Shown piece by piece: positions 1-12,329 of a DNA stretch of 64,000 bases. How positions within the stretch are numbered: the first letter of the stretch is position 1; every line of letters starts with the position of its first letter. Where the stretch lies: the NCBI RefSeq assembly GCF_006345805.1, contig NC_043001.1, forward strand, positions 80,724,001-80,788,000. The letters are read 5' to 3'. A model generated the notes under the pieces. It was not told the DNA's origin, made no database searches, and saw only the letters and a program-made list of their open reading frames with translations. The DNA comes from Octopus sinensis. Its lineage: Eukaryota. The translations under genes were made by a program, and so were the position numbers.

Positions 1-239
1 GGCAAGAGGCTGTTAGTATAAGACAGCCTCTCATTAGGCTTGCAATAGCGTTTGCATAAACCGGTGTCCAAATCGAGCATAACATCTAAAAACATTAGCT
101 ATGATAAGGTTGGTGTCCATGGTAACATTAAGAAGTGTATGAATCAGGTCTTTTTAAGTGGTATATAGAGAGGAAGAGCCAAAGGCGAAGGCGGGGGGAG
201 ACAGGCAGGCTGGCAGAAAGAGAGACAATCTGATAAAGT

Positions 240-370
<131 letters not shown>

Positions 371-371
371 C

Positions 372-471
372 NNNNNNNNNNNNNNNNNNNNNNNNNNNNN
401 NNNNNNNNNNNNNNNNNNNNNNNNNNNNNNNNNNNNNNNNNNNNNNNNNNNNNNNNNNNNNNNNNNNNNNN
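372..471. other. Assembly gap (100 N)
   Basis: Run of exactly 100 N between (GATA)n and (TA)n microsatellites, typical of a scaffolding gap of unknown true size. Confidence 0.98.
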
Positions 472-520
472 CACTCACGTGCGCATATATGTATGTATGT
501 GTGTGTAATATATATATATA

Positions 521-567
<47 letters not shown>

Positions 568-679
568 GCACATACACACGCAACATATATATAGTGAGTG
601 TTGAGAATGAAAAATAAGTGTGATATGCATATCCACGGAGAAATGCTCAGATGAATGAGAACTCAAATTCCAACTCCTT

Positions 680-1005
680 CGTCCCATGAAGTTCCAAGGT
701 TCGATTCCACCGCATGAAATGTTGAACAACTGTCATCTTTTATAACATCGAGTTGACTCATATCTAATGATTGAAATGGGATGGATAGAAACTGGATAGA
801 AACTGGTCGGGTAGATTGTATCTGTAATCCAAGAAGTACAGCCTTGTCACAACGCATTGTGTCATGCTGATTCTACCTAAGTAATAAGGTTAAGAGTACA
901 GGTGCCTATGGAGTACTCAGCCACTTATATGTTAATTCAAGAAGTGATAATCTAGTTGTTCGAACAACTGAATCATCGTCGTCAAACGACGGAGATCCAC
1001 CATCA
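680..1005 (+). mobile_element. Decayed tRNA-derived SINE (family D)
   Basis: B-box-like GGTTCGATTCC near 698 and a 3' end (atcgtcgtcaaacgacggagatcc) resembling the end of the element at 57906-58200. Confidence 0.45.
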
Positions 1006-1289
1006 CCACTGTTATATCTATCAAATCAATTCAAGATACCCCTACTTTGTAAATGTCTGAAATTATGCCAAGCATTGTTATTTGTAGGTGAAAAATATTT
1101 TATATCATCGATACCATTTTCTCTTTCCTCCTTAGATAAAAAGGCAAAAAGAAACGAAAACGTCTTCTGCATTTTTATTAAAGACTACACCAGATCACGA
1201 GATCACGTGTAGCTCTTTTCCCTAAGGGATTCATTAGACTCAATAAGCAACGGAACTCGCCATTTTTGCAGTTTTTCGCATTCTCTTTT

Positions 1290-1600
1290 ACAAGTTTACT
1301 TCTTTCAATCATTGGACTGCCATGAAATGTTTATTCCAGTCATGGGCAAACTGCGATCCGCGAAACGTCCTGAATGACACCCTTAACGAAATATTGCCCT
1401 CAAAATTTTTCCAATAGCCATGACTCATGCGGCCCTGCTTCTCGAAAAAGGTTGCTCAGGCCTTATTTAGTGCATTTAATTCATCCCAGCAGCTTCTTTT
1501 TTAAAACTATCTTTAAAGTCTGGTACTTATTCTCTTTTGCCGAACTGCTGGGTGACGGGGATGCAAATAAGCCAACACCAGTTGTCAAGCGATGGTAGTG
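1290..1600 (-). mobile_element. SINE family A, 3' part, interrupted by a hAT MITE
   Basis: Reverse-complement match to the 3' half of the intact copies at 5157 and 18740 (aaagtctggtacttattc, gccgaac, accagttgtcaagcgatgg). Confidence 0.8.
1337..1464. mobile_element. Non-autonomous hAT (Charlie/Tip100-like) MITE
   Basis: Ends CAGTCATGGGCAAAC and AGGTTGCTCAGGCCTT are degenerate inverted repeats. The 8-bp flanks GTTTATTC / ATTTAGTG (5/8 identical, central TA) fit a decayed TSD. Confidence 0.7.
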
Positions 1601-2375
1601 GGGAACATACACAGGTGCACACAAAGTCGTTATTACCGGCAGAAGCAGTATTAGTTCAAATTAGCATTCTGTATATTATACTTAACGCAAATATAATGGA
1701 GAAAGTCTGGTGAGTGAGGTATTCGCCTCCAGAAAGCATCTTGTATAGAATCATAATATCAAAAAATGCAGAAATATATCCTCTTTTACCGAAGTGCTGA
1801 GTGACGGGGACGTAAATAAACACCAGTTGTCAAGCGATGGTGGTGAGGAATACACACCCGCACGCGCGCGGACGCAGACACAGAGTCGTTATCACCGACG
1901 GAAGCAGTATTAGCGTCGGCTCCGTATCGATTAGCAGTATTAGCATTCTATATGTTATACTTAGTGCAGAGATACTACAGAAATTCTAGTGAGTGTGGTA
2001 TTCGTCTTCAGAAAGCTTCTTGTATAGACCTATAATGTCAAAAAATGCAGAAATATATCAGTATCACATGAAAAGTGTCTTGCAGCGGTAATAGGATTGC
2101 TAAATAAGTATTTCTACTACTTTGAGCACCATCAGTAGCAAGTATCCAATAGTGACCACGAGCTAAAACAAACTTATCTTCTGTCGATAGAGAAAGGTGG
2201 TAATTAGCAAATCCCTGATGTGGCATTTAGCCGGTAGACTTGGTAAAAATTCCTTATTAGCAATGGAAATCGTATTAGTTCAAATTGGCATTCTGTACAT
2301 CACATTTAACGCAGATATACTGTAGAAAACCTGAAAACTGTGATATTCCTCTCGAGAAAATATCTTATATATAGA
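1535..2375 (+). repeat. Diverged local tandem duplication (two 250-280 bp units plus a partial third)
   Basis: Units about 1535-1779 and 1780-2058 share gaagcagtattag, gcattct, ttatactta, ccagaaagc and tcaaaaaatgcagaaatatatc. The core recurs at about 2272-2375. Confidence 0.85.
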
Positions 2376-2752
2376 TGCTTAGTGTTAAAAAATAACGATA
2401 TGTCAAACCTATGGCGGTATGGTACAAGGACCTTAAATGAAGATGATAATGATGATGATGGTGTTGGTGGTAGTGATGACGACAACGACGATGATGAGTA
2501 TACACAACACCACCGTGACAATGACGACGTTCAGTCCTACAACATATCAGGTCCGCCATTTTACCTTTCTACTGGTTCATATCCCTGTTGTCTATTACAT
2601 CATTAATTTTATTCTTTCACCGATTTCAACGGTTGAACTGTGACCATGTTGGAAGCTTTATGGTTTTCTAGAGTAAACATAACCGGGGGTGGGGGATGGG
2701 GATCGAATTCTGCGTTTGATGGTACTTAGTTTCTCGACTTCGAAATGGAGGT

Positions 2753-2830
<78 letters not shown>

Positions 2831-2940
2831 ATATATATATATCCGTAATAATGAAGGTGAATTAATTATTTGGAAAAATTATCAATTACACCAAGTAGTC
2901 TTCGGCATGTAAAAGCCTCATTCGAGGAAAATTTAAGTAA

Positions 2941-3043
2941 TACTAAGCAATAAGGTAGAAGAAATAGCTATAACCCTTTGACTGCTATTTCTAAATTCGG
3001 TATGTGGTAAGGCAACTCGTTGCTAAACCCTTATTGCTTAGTA
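2941..3043. mobile_element. About 100-bp MITE-like element with perfect 15-bp terminal inverted repeats
   Basis: TACTAAGCAATAAGG (2941-2955) and CCTTATTGCTTAGTA (3029-3043), with TA termini. An internal inverted pair gaaatagc / gctatttc is also present. Confidence 0.65.
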
Positions 3044-3243
3044 TATATATATATATATATATATATTTGTCTTTCATATCTGCTCATTTCTTACCCTAGC
3101 AGCTATTGTTGCTGACACCACCAAACTGAAGAATAGTATCACTGGTGACGAAATTCTGTTGAAATTTGGTTGATAACTAATGAGGGATTTGATCTTGTCT
3201 GCATCTATTATGTGCGTTTACTAATCTGTGTCAGATTGTACAT

Positions 3244-3281
<38 letters not shown>

Positions 3282-3481
3282 ACATATATGTATGTATTTC
3301 TTTCCTTCTCAGAGCGTCTTATTAATACTTTGCATGTACTACGTCCTCGCATTGTTTTTCTTGTCTTTTTCTCTCTTTTTTTTAATTAATTATATATATA
3401 TATAAAGAGAGAGAGAAAGAGAAAGAGAAAGGGAGAGAAAGATAATTACAGATACAGATATATCGAATCGTAATATCATAC

Positions 3482-3565
3482 AATATAAATTCTTGATTTA
3501 TTAAAATTATCTCTGTCCCTGGAGGATGTGTCATAATAACCAAATGGCAATTAAGACCAGCTTCA
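3482..3565 (-). CDS. Candidate 84-nt coding exon (phase 2-2), weakly CUB-domain-like
   Basis: Acceptor attatctccctttctctAG, donor TT|GTATGA. Open frame (Y)EAGLNCHLVIMTHPPGTEIILINQEFI, phase-compatible with the candidate exon at 4350-4429. Splice signals and eyeballed motif only. Confidence 0.3.
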
Positions 3566-3744
3566 CTAGAGAAAGGGAGATAATCTCAAGATTGAAAACT
3601 GACATGCTATCAAAGAAAAGGAAAGGCTTATTGTCTGAAGCTAAGGTATCAGCCCAACCATTGAACCAATGAGGGTTCCTCTAAGTGGTCTCCCCATGTA
3701 CTAGAAATAGCGCCAAACCGAACCCTATCTTCCTGAAACAGAAA

Positions 3745-3910
3745 AGATGTTGGTTTCAAATTTTGGCACTTGGCCAGCAATTTCGAGAGAGGAGTAGGTC
3801 GATTACATCGACCCAAGTGTTCAACTGGTACTTATTTCATCGACCCCGAAAAGATGAAGGCGGAATTTGAACTCAGAATGTAAAGACGGGCGAAATGCCG
3901 ATAAGCATAT
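3745..3910 (-). mobile_element. SINE family B
   Basis: Reverse complement of the family-B core (gatttgaactcagaatgt, gaccccgaaaagatgaagg, tggtactta). Confidence 0.8.
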
Positions 3911-4349
3911 GTACGAAATGGTCATAGCTGAATAGTCAGATTTTCGTCATAGGCTTTGCTCGATCAGGACTGACTTAGGTTGTGCAACAACAACAACAAC
4001 AACAAAAACAACAACATTGGACTTTGATGAAAATCTCGCAAGAAACGAAAATAATATATTTTTAAAATCTCGAGGATTTTATTTCTTTAGGGGAAGAAAT
4101 GTGATAAGAAAGGCGGCTATTTGATGAGTTATTTGTTAAGGTGTGGTGACCACTACATTTTGAAACGCTTTGTTTCATGGAATCGGTTCCGTGATAAACT
4201 ACAACACGATATTATCGAAATTGATAAACCCATAATAAAAATGCACGCAGAAGGCTGAAACGACAGTGAATTTTATTTAAAGACAGGCTGCAGAGATATC
4301 ACTCACTATTCGCTGTTTTGTGTGCTGTCATCGGCTTCGTATCGCTTAC

Positions 4350-4429
4350 TAAATCACCATGTTTCTATTTTTGGTAAATCCCGTTGCACCAGGTGTCATA
4401 TTTGTCATGTTTGAGTATATGTCCTCAGG
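4350..4429 (-). CDS. Candidate 80-nt coding exon (phase 0-2)
   Basis: Acceptor gttagttttagttattctccAG, donor TTA|GTAAGC. Only one frame is open: PEDIYSNMTNMTPGATGFTKNRNMVI. Confidence 0.3.
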
Positions 4430-4647
4430 CTGGAGAATAACTAAAACTAACAATTCATTTCTCATATGGGTTTCTACACTATTTTCTACCATGCCAACAG
4501 TTCTTAAGGATAAACATCTGACATGTTAAATCGTATTTATAACCCCATTTTCTTGCCTTGACAGCCATACTAGGCAGAACTCAGCACTGAATATTTTAAC
4601 TGGGTTCTCGATCGGCAATTTCTACGCTGATTTATTGTTCTTGTAAA

Positions 4648-4855
4648 GGTAGCAAGTTGGCGGAATCGCTAGCACACCGAACAAAATGCTTCGCGGCATC
4701 TTTTTCCACTTAGTACGTTCTGAGTTCGAATTCCGCCGAGGTCAACTTTGCCTTTTATCCTTCCAGGGTCGATAGAATTAGTACCAGTTGAAAATTGGGG
4801 TCGAAATCGACTAGTTCCCGCCCCCAAAATTTCAGGCCTTGTTCCTGTAGTGGCA
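4648..4855 (+). mobile_element. SINE family B
   Basis: Head ggtagcaagttggcggaatcgctagc, B-box gagttcgaattcc, core gtcaactttgccttttatccttccagggtcgata, tail aaatttcaggccttg. Confidence 0.85.
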
Positions 4856-5156
4856 AAAAGAAAAAATATTGTTAAGATGGCGAGCTAGCGCAATGGACAA
4901 AAGGATTCGCGGCATTTCTTCCGACTATGTGCTTTCTAAGTTCAGATACTTCAGATGTCAACTTTCATCTCTCTTGGTCGGTAAAATAAGTACCTGTTGA
5001 GCACTGGAATCGAAGAAATCGACAAGCTCCACTTATATATATATATATATATAAACAAACATATATATATACATATATATATGTATATATATACATATGT
5101 ATATATATATATATATATATATTGCATATATATATAATTCTTCAAATAAATATATA

Positions 5157-5545
5157 GGCGCGGGCGTGGCTGTGTGGTAAGAAGCTTGCTTCCCAACCAC
5201 ATGGTTCCGGTTTCAGTTCCACTGTGTGGCACCTTGGGCAAGTGTCTTCTGCTGTAGCCTCGGGCCGACCAAAGCCTTGTGCAGACGGAAACTGAAAGAA
5301 ACCCATTGTGAATTTATATATGTATATATACGATGGGCTTCTTTCGGTTTCCATCTACACAAGGCTTTATACACGTGTCTCTCTGTCTGTATTTGTCCTC
5401 ACACCACCACTTGAAAACAGGTGTTGGCGTGTTTACGTCCTTGTAGCTTAGCAGTTCGGCAAAAGTGGCCAATAGAATGAGTACTAGGCTGAAAGAAATT
5501 TTGGGGTCAGCATGGCCAGAGTCAAATGACTGAAATTAGTAAATG
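5157..5545 (+). mobile_element. SINE family A, near full length (tRNA head, CORE-like segment, internal microsatellite)
   Basis: Head ggcgcgggcgtggctgtgtggtaagaagc with B-box ggtttcagttcc, then caccttgggcaagtgtcttc (resembles the CORE/MIR segment). More than 20 related copies or fragments occur in the window. Confidence 0.9.
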
Positions 5546-5794
5546 ATAAATGAATGTATGTATTTAAATCATTGTTATGTCCTAGATAAATCTAGGACAT
5601 AACGAAAGACGAACGCGCGTGCACGAACCCACACACGTGTCAGTATGTCATTGCTATATATATATCTTTCACACATTTTCCTTTTTTCTTTGTTTTTTTT
5701 TTCTCAAACTACTACTTTGTTGTACTTCATGACATTAATGAACATATGATTTCATTCATGTACCCAAATATTCACTCGTGCATGCATACACCTT

Positions 5795-5865
<71 letters not shown>

Positions 5866-5899
5866 GCCTGTCTGTCTTCTCTCTCTTTCTATATACATA

Positions 5900-5939
<40 letters not shown>

Positions 5940-5994
5940 CAGAGAGAAGAGGGAGAGAGAGAGAGTGAGAGAATTTACGTAAGCATGCATGTTT

Positions 5995-6352
5995 TATCCT
6001 CTATTTGCTTCAGAGGTTAGACTGCGGCCATACTGGGGCACCGCTTTGAAAGGTTTTGTCAAACAAATCGACACCAGCAGACTTTGTTAAAGCCTGGAAC
6101 TTAAGTACTTATCTATCGGATTCTTTTTGCCGAACCGCGAAATCACGTAGACCAACAACCAGTTATCAGGCAGTCAGGGGACAAATACAAAGCATACACG
6201 CGGGGGGGGGGGTTCTTTCAGTTTCCGTCTACGAGGAACTTCTTTCAGCTTCCGTCTTACACAGTGTTGGTTTGCTTAAAGCTATTGTTGAAGACACTTG
6301 CCCAAGGTGCCATGCATTGGGACTGAACCCAGAACCATAAGGCTGGGAAGCA
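5995..6352 (-). mobile_element. SINE family A, inverted relative to the 5157 copy
   Basis: Reverse complement of the head (ggactgaacccagaacc, acacttgcccaaggtgcc) and the tail (actgcggccatactggggcaccgc). Confidence 0.85.
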
Positions 6353-6371
6353 TATGGCCATATATATATAC

Positions 6372-6430
<59 letters not shown>

Positions 6431-6431
<1 letters not shown>

Positions 6432-6625
6432 GTATTCATTCACACATGTACATACGTACCTACATATGCATATAAAGAGATGGGATGAAGGAATGAATAT
6501 GTGTATGTGTGTGTGTGCGTAAATTGGAGGGAAGAATTTTGCTCATAAACCTAAGAACGTGAAGAGATTTCGAACGACTTTCAGGCATTAAATAGAGGAA
6601 TGGTAACTGCTGGGTGACAGAAGGA
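6431..6625 (+). repeat. Left arm of long inverted repeat
   Basis: Reverse complement of 9333-9550, with identical blocks gtaaattggagggaagaattttgctcataaa (31 nt) and gagatttcgaacgactttcaggcattaa (28 nt). Confidence 0.93.
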
Positions 6626-6629
6626 ATGT

Positions 6630-6673
<44 letters not shown>

Positions 6674-7209
6674 TCATGCACGTTCTTCTTCGCATCATCT
6701 TGCCCTACGGTTAGAATGCTTTCCATGATGTGACCATCTCTCTTGTTTAGGATACGTAAAACTTCATTCTTCAAATGCAGATGGTAGGGTATGATTCAAA
6801 GGAGATTTAGTTGCTATTTCAAGCGGCTGCGCGTCTAACATAGAGGTCTCCTTTGTAGACTCGTCTTACGGTGGAATTCAATAAATAAACGCTTTTAGGG
6901 GACTGAATTAAATACGCAAATAAATTCTTAATTAATTGAAATATTCCCCAGAGAAAGGAAATAGACACCTGGCGGTAAATATTAGCGACTTTCATAAAAG
7001 AAGGGAGATAATTTCATGAAATTAAGAATTAATTTTACAAAATTACTTTATATGCCTTCTGGGAAAGAAATCTGATCTTTGTGTTAATTGAGATTGTGGT
7101 GTTACTTGTGTATGTATATGTGAGTCTGTGTCTGTGTGAATATATACGAATATGTATACACAGCACACACACCAAACATACACACGCTACACACGCACAC
7201 ACACACACA

Positions 7210-7323
<114 letters not shown>

Positions 7324-7773
7324 ATATATATCTATATATCGCGCTATATATATGTACATAGTACAATATATATGTATGTGAGTGGAGTGTGTGTGTGTGT
7401 GTGCAAATATTTTAGGTTAATGACTGAAGAAGAATTAGGGTCCTTCTGTGTCTGTCCTATGTGTACGCTTTTTAGTAATTAAGACATTTTCCATTTATTA
7501 TATACATATATATTTATTTTACGAATTTGTATAAATGTGTCTAGAATAATACATCAGTTGAATAAAGTTGAAACATGGTCTCGTTTTCAAGTTTTTTTTT
7601 ATTATGGTATTTTAAAAAATATTTTTTTTTACAATGTTAAACATTAAAAAAAAATATTTTGTAATGTTCATAAAGTTCAAGTAGCGCTTTCATACGTTCA
7701 TAGTAATCATCAGATTTCAAAATGTAACTAACTGAAAATTGAGCTCTTTGACAACTGGAGTAAAATAACTAAC

Positions 7774-7903
7774 TTCTTCCTTTTTGTACGTCTTAGAAGG
7801 TTCCAACAAGCCGAATTTTTGGAATACGGTTTTGACCAATCCGCATGCAGTTAAACGCCAGGGTTTGCCGAGCGTCACCGTTTGCAGGGCTGGTAAATGG
7901 TAA
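7774..7903 (-). CDS. Candidate 130-nt coding exon (phase 2-0); strand ambiguous
   Basis: GC-balanced island. Acceptor cttgattcctctcAG, donor GAA|GTTAGT, open frame YHLPALQTVTLGKPWRLTACGLVKTVFQKFGLLEPSKTYKKEE, phase-compatible with 4350-4429. A competing + strand exon model overlaps it. Confidence 0.25.
7797..7892 (+). CDS. Alternative reading of the same island: 96-nt phase 1-1 exon
   Basis: Strong acceptor aacttcttcctttttgtacgtcttAG, donor CTG|GTAAAT, open frame GSNKPNFWNTVLTNPHAVKRQGLPSVTVCRA. Cannot be distinguished from the minus model without RNA data. Confidence 0.22.
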
Positions 7904-8369
7904 CTGAGAGGAATCAAGCTGTGTGTGTGTGTGTATGAGTGTGTGTGTGCATGTGCGTGTGCGTGCGTGCGTACGTGCGTGAGTGTGTGCAACATTGTGA
8001 AGTATACTTGTATATCATTCAATTTTGACGCTCAGAATCTCACATAATTTACTTGTTTCCAACTCTAAACAACGTAAATACGAAACTCATAATAAATTTC
8101 GATATGTGGCCAGCTTCAGAACCTGTGTGTGTATATGCGCATGGTTCTGTGCATGTACGTGTGTGTGTGTATATGAACGTAGGGGGATACGACATTTACA
8201 GTCATGCTGAAATGCTAAGGAGGCATCTTGTATGTGCTCATTCGACTCGATCTGCTGGAAATAACTATGAATTTTCTCTCAAATCTCTGTCAACACTTAG
8301 AAGTGCACACACACTAGTGTGTTTACTGCACAAAGAAAAAATATGAAGAAAAAAATGGTGATCAGGACT

Positions 8370-9070
8370 AGAACGTGTTGTTGCTGCGTGGTAAGAAGTT
8401 TGCTTCCCAACCACGTGACACCTTGAGCGAATATCTTCTACTACATTCTCGGGCCAACCAAAACCTTGAGAGTCGATTTGGTAGGCAGAAACTTGAAGAA
8501 GCCCGTCGTGTGTGTGTGTGTGTGTGTTTGTCTTTGCGTTTGTCTCCCACCGCAGCATGACAGTTGAAGGTTTGCGTATGTCCTGCAACTTTGCGGTTCG
8601 GCACAAGGATTCGATAGAATAAGTACTTAGAAAATAAAATCAAGTACAGGTTTCGATTTTTTTTGCCCAAACCAGTGGTTCTCAACCGTGGACCGTATGG
8701 TCCTTAAGGGTCCATAAAAGATTTTTAGGGGTCCACATAACAAAATAATAAATTTCAGATCCACAATAATATTTTAAGGCCCCCTGAAAAAATTCTACTT
8801 TAGATGTATGTATTGGTCTGTATTGCAAGAAACAGGTTTCTTTCTCTAACATTTTACATAGTTCAACCTTACACAAGTTAATGTGTGAAGAAAAGAAAAT
8901 AGGAATTTTGAAAGAAGTTTCTATAAAACTAGTTTTTAAACATCGAATGGCAATGGGTGTCCTCCAGAATAAAATAGAAATCATAGGTGAAAATGGCTGA
9001 GAACCCCTGGTCTAAATCCTTCAAAGCGGTGCCCCAGCATAGCCGCAGTCGAGTGACTGAATCAAAAAGA
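8370..9070 (+). mobile_element. SINE family A split by a hAT MITE
   Basis: Head and body at 8370-8672. The tail resumes at 9010 (ccttcaaagcggtgccccagcatagccgcagtc). Confidence 0.85.
8673..9009. mobile_element. Non-autonomous hAT MITE, 337 bp
   Basis: TIRs CAGTGGTTCTCAACC and GGCTGAGAACCCCTG. The 8-bp TSD GCCCAAAC / GTCTAAAT are both derivable from the SINE-A consensus site GACTAAAC. Confidence 0.88.
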
Positions 9071-9332
9071 TAAAAAATACTCGATCTCAGCTTCTGAGCT
9101 GACCTGGGACTAAACAACAAGGTATAACTACTGTAAACGTGTTAGTTCTCAATCTCACATGTACAAGCTATCGCACACACACACACACACACAACATACC
9201 TAACGTTGACCTCTTTCACCGATCGTCCCATCTTAGCCTCTTTCTTACTACATTCCATCACATTTTACTCTACTCCCTCCCCCTCTCTCTTTCTCTCTCT
9301 CTCTCTCTCGTCATGTTATGTCCTCTTCCTAC

Positions 9333-9550
9333 TCCTTCTGTCACCCACCAGTTGCTTTCTCGTCACCGTCGTTACCATTCCTCTACTTAATGCCTGAAAG
9401 TCGTTCGAAATCTCTCTTAACGTTCTTAGCTTTATGAGCAAAATTCTTCCCTCCAATTTACACACACACACACACACACATATATGCATTCTTTCATCCC
9501 GTCTCTTTATATGCATATGTAGGTACGTATGAACATGTGTAAATAAATAC
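9333..9550 (-). repeat. Right arm of long inverted repeat
   Basis: Reverse complement of 6431-6625, with one extra 20-nt segment (gttgctttctcgtcaccgtc) relative to the left arm. Confidence 0.93.
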
Positions 9551-9758
9551 ATATATATGTATTCGTACATATATATATTCCTCTGTGTGAGTGTGTGTAT
9601 GTGTGTATGTATGTGTGTACTTTACTCCTCTCCCCAGCCATCTTTTTTCTCTTTTTTTTTTTTAAACTCTGCTTTCTTTGTTTCGTCTGTTTGATGAATT
9701 TAATGTATCCATCTTTATCTTTCAGTCTTTGTATGTCTTTCTAACTTATTCCAAACAC

Positions 9759-9831
<73 letters not shown>

Positions 9832-10571
9832 AATCTATCTATCTATCTTTATTTGTCTGACTATCTATCTATCTTTCTATCTATTTGTATATCTATCTAT
9901 CCGCCTGCCTGTCTATCTGTCTCATCGTTCTGTATACGTGTTTGTTTGCGTGCGCGCGTGTATGGGAATCAATTAAATGCTAAGATTTTCAACGTAAAAC
10001 GATACTAGACATTATTAAAAACACCAATTTGGCATTAAAAAAAATTAGCAACAGGCGTACTGACGTCGTTAACTGAACATTTTTCAGTGCCAGGGCCAAC
10101 GTTTCTGTATTAAATTCTTGTCTATAAGCTTTTCTTTATCCATATCAAAAAGGGTTGTGTGTATGTGTGTACACGCGAACAAAGTAACTAAATATTTTTT
10201 AAAATACACGATTGAGAGAATATACTTTACGAGTAGATGAGAGCAGCGTTTACATACATACCAAAATTATATACATGCATATCTATATCTATCTATGTCT
10301 GGTTGTATATCTATCTATCTATTGTATATATTGTGAAGACGCATGCTCAGACTTGCGACGCGTTGTATTGTTGAGAAAAACACCTTGTTTCACGCCGCAC
10401 CAGTCCACTCTGTCGTAAATGAGTAAGCCTAACGACGGACTTGCATCCCGTTTAGGAGTCAATATTCGCTTTCCTCGCTTAGCCAGTGGGATGGAATCAA
10501 TTGAAAGCTACCAGAATGTAAGAAGGCGCATTGTGACTAACGGTGTATAACAACAACCGATAGTAAGACTG

Positions 10572-10818
10572 ATAGCTCCTTCCCGAGTCACATAAACTCA
10601 CAGGGCCGGTTTCCCGGTTTCTGCGGCGTATATATTCCTCTACTGGACGGGACGCCAGACCGTTGCGGGATTATTCACTTTTGCCAGCCGAGAGAACTGG
10701 AGCAACATGAAATGGAGTGTTTTACCCAAGAACACAACGCGTCGCTCGGTCTAGAAATCGAAACCACAATCTTACGATCACGAGTCCAACACCCCTAACC
10801 ACTAAACCACGTCACTCC
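10572..10818 (-). mobile_element. tRNA-derived SINE family C with V-domain-like core
   Basis: Minus strand reads ggagtgacgtggtttagtggttagggtgttggactc (A box), tggtttcgatttc (B box) and gcaacggtctggcgtcccgtccag, which resembles the V-SINE core from memory. Confidence 0.7.
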
Positions 10819-12329
10819 AGTATGACCGATACAGTTATATATGCAGTGAGTGGGTAGAATTGATAAAAGTTGAACAAATGATGTGCGATATTTTTTCTAG
10901 AATCAATTTTGCTTTTTATCTTTTGGGGCTCGATAATATCAATTAATCCCACCCCATCAAAATTATTGGATTTGTGCCTAAGTTAATAACCATTATTATA
11001 ATTTCTATTAATCAGCAGAAGTTACTAAGTAACTCGGAGCTGACTGGTTCTTGACACTTTCGGACGGTAGTCGTGTTGGGGCAACTTTAAAACGACCAGC
11101 TTAGCAGCTTTGCGCTTTGTGAGTCCTGAGGTGGTTTATTGGCATAAAATCCACGGTTACAGAAGGCATCAGAACTTGGTGGTATTCTTGCTTCCCAAAA
11201 AGCCATCATTTCTAAGGCTTTTCTAAAAAATCATTTCTGATTCTGAGTTCTGTACCCGGTGTACACAACACTACGCTACAGTGAGTGATCTTGAGCAAAA
11301 TGTTTCCAAGTAGAATCATTTAAGTTTGTCTTTTTCAAGGTTGTCTTGAGAGTGTCTTTCTCTCCTTTAGTCCACCACGTGACTGCGAGCCAACTGTTAA
11401 TTCACTGAATAAAATCTTTTAGGGAATCTGAAGCCACGCATGCACACTACATGTCCACTCTATCACTGCTGGTTGTATTTTTTCGTTTATGTATATATCT
11501 ACCAACTTATGTACCTACCTACCTACCTACCCACCTACCTACCTACCTATTTATGCTGTGTTTGTGAGTGTGTTGATGTCTTATTGTTCGTGTGCGCGTG
11601 CGAATTATTGTTTTCAGTAAAGTACCCGGAGCAAATGAAAGACTTAACGTCTGAAGACAGAATTAACTATATAAATTTATTATTGACGATTAGCTTACAG
11701 AGTTTGAATTATGTTTCAATTTTCGAGATGAATTTAATTAATTAGCTTTGAAAATTCAAAAATTTAAAACAGCATTATGTCACACACACACACACCTACG
11801 CACAAATGTCTCAGATTGTGATGTGTTTTAAACATGACTATGTTTTAGTTTAATCTTTTAATGAAGGTTATTTTTTCAGTATGAATTCTGTGCCGTTTGT
11901 TTTGAACAGCATAGAATCTAAATCCATTACCATCGTTTCTAGACTTTCAGTGCCTGATCTTCAGGATGAAGCGATGCTGTAGTGTTGCTTTTTTTTTTTT
12001 TCATGGAAGACAGGACAAACATAACTGACGTAGAAATTTCCCTGCCAAAATTTAGAATTTCATAGTTAGATAAACACGTCATCCATCACGTGTTTATATA
12101 TGTTAGTGACTAATATATCTTATTTATGTATGTGTCTTATTTAAGCAGTACGTTGGGTATGAGTTTTTTTTTCTTACACCATTAAAAGTCTATTTATGTG
12201 GCGAAAATCTGTAGATTATAGATGAGTTATTCATTAATGCTTTCCTTGATGTAATACATAGCAATAGCTCCCAGTTGTAAATGCATAGAGAGTCAGCGGG
12301 AGTGTATAGTCGTTATATGGCCAATATAA

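Noticed and set aside
1048-1132. Minus-strand exon-like segment EERENGIDDIKYFSPTNNNAWHNFRHLQ
   Set aside because: AAG acceptor, weak GTAGGG donor, and out of phase with the upstream candidate exons (splicing gives a stop).
8052-8063. Possible 12-nt minus-strand microexon (tttAG|AGTTGGAAACAA|GTAAAT)
   Set aside because: Such short matches are expected by chance in AT-rich DNA; no independent support.
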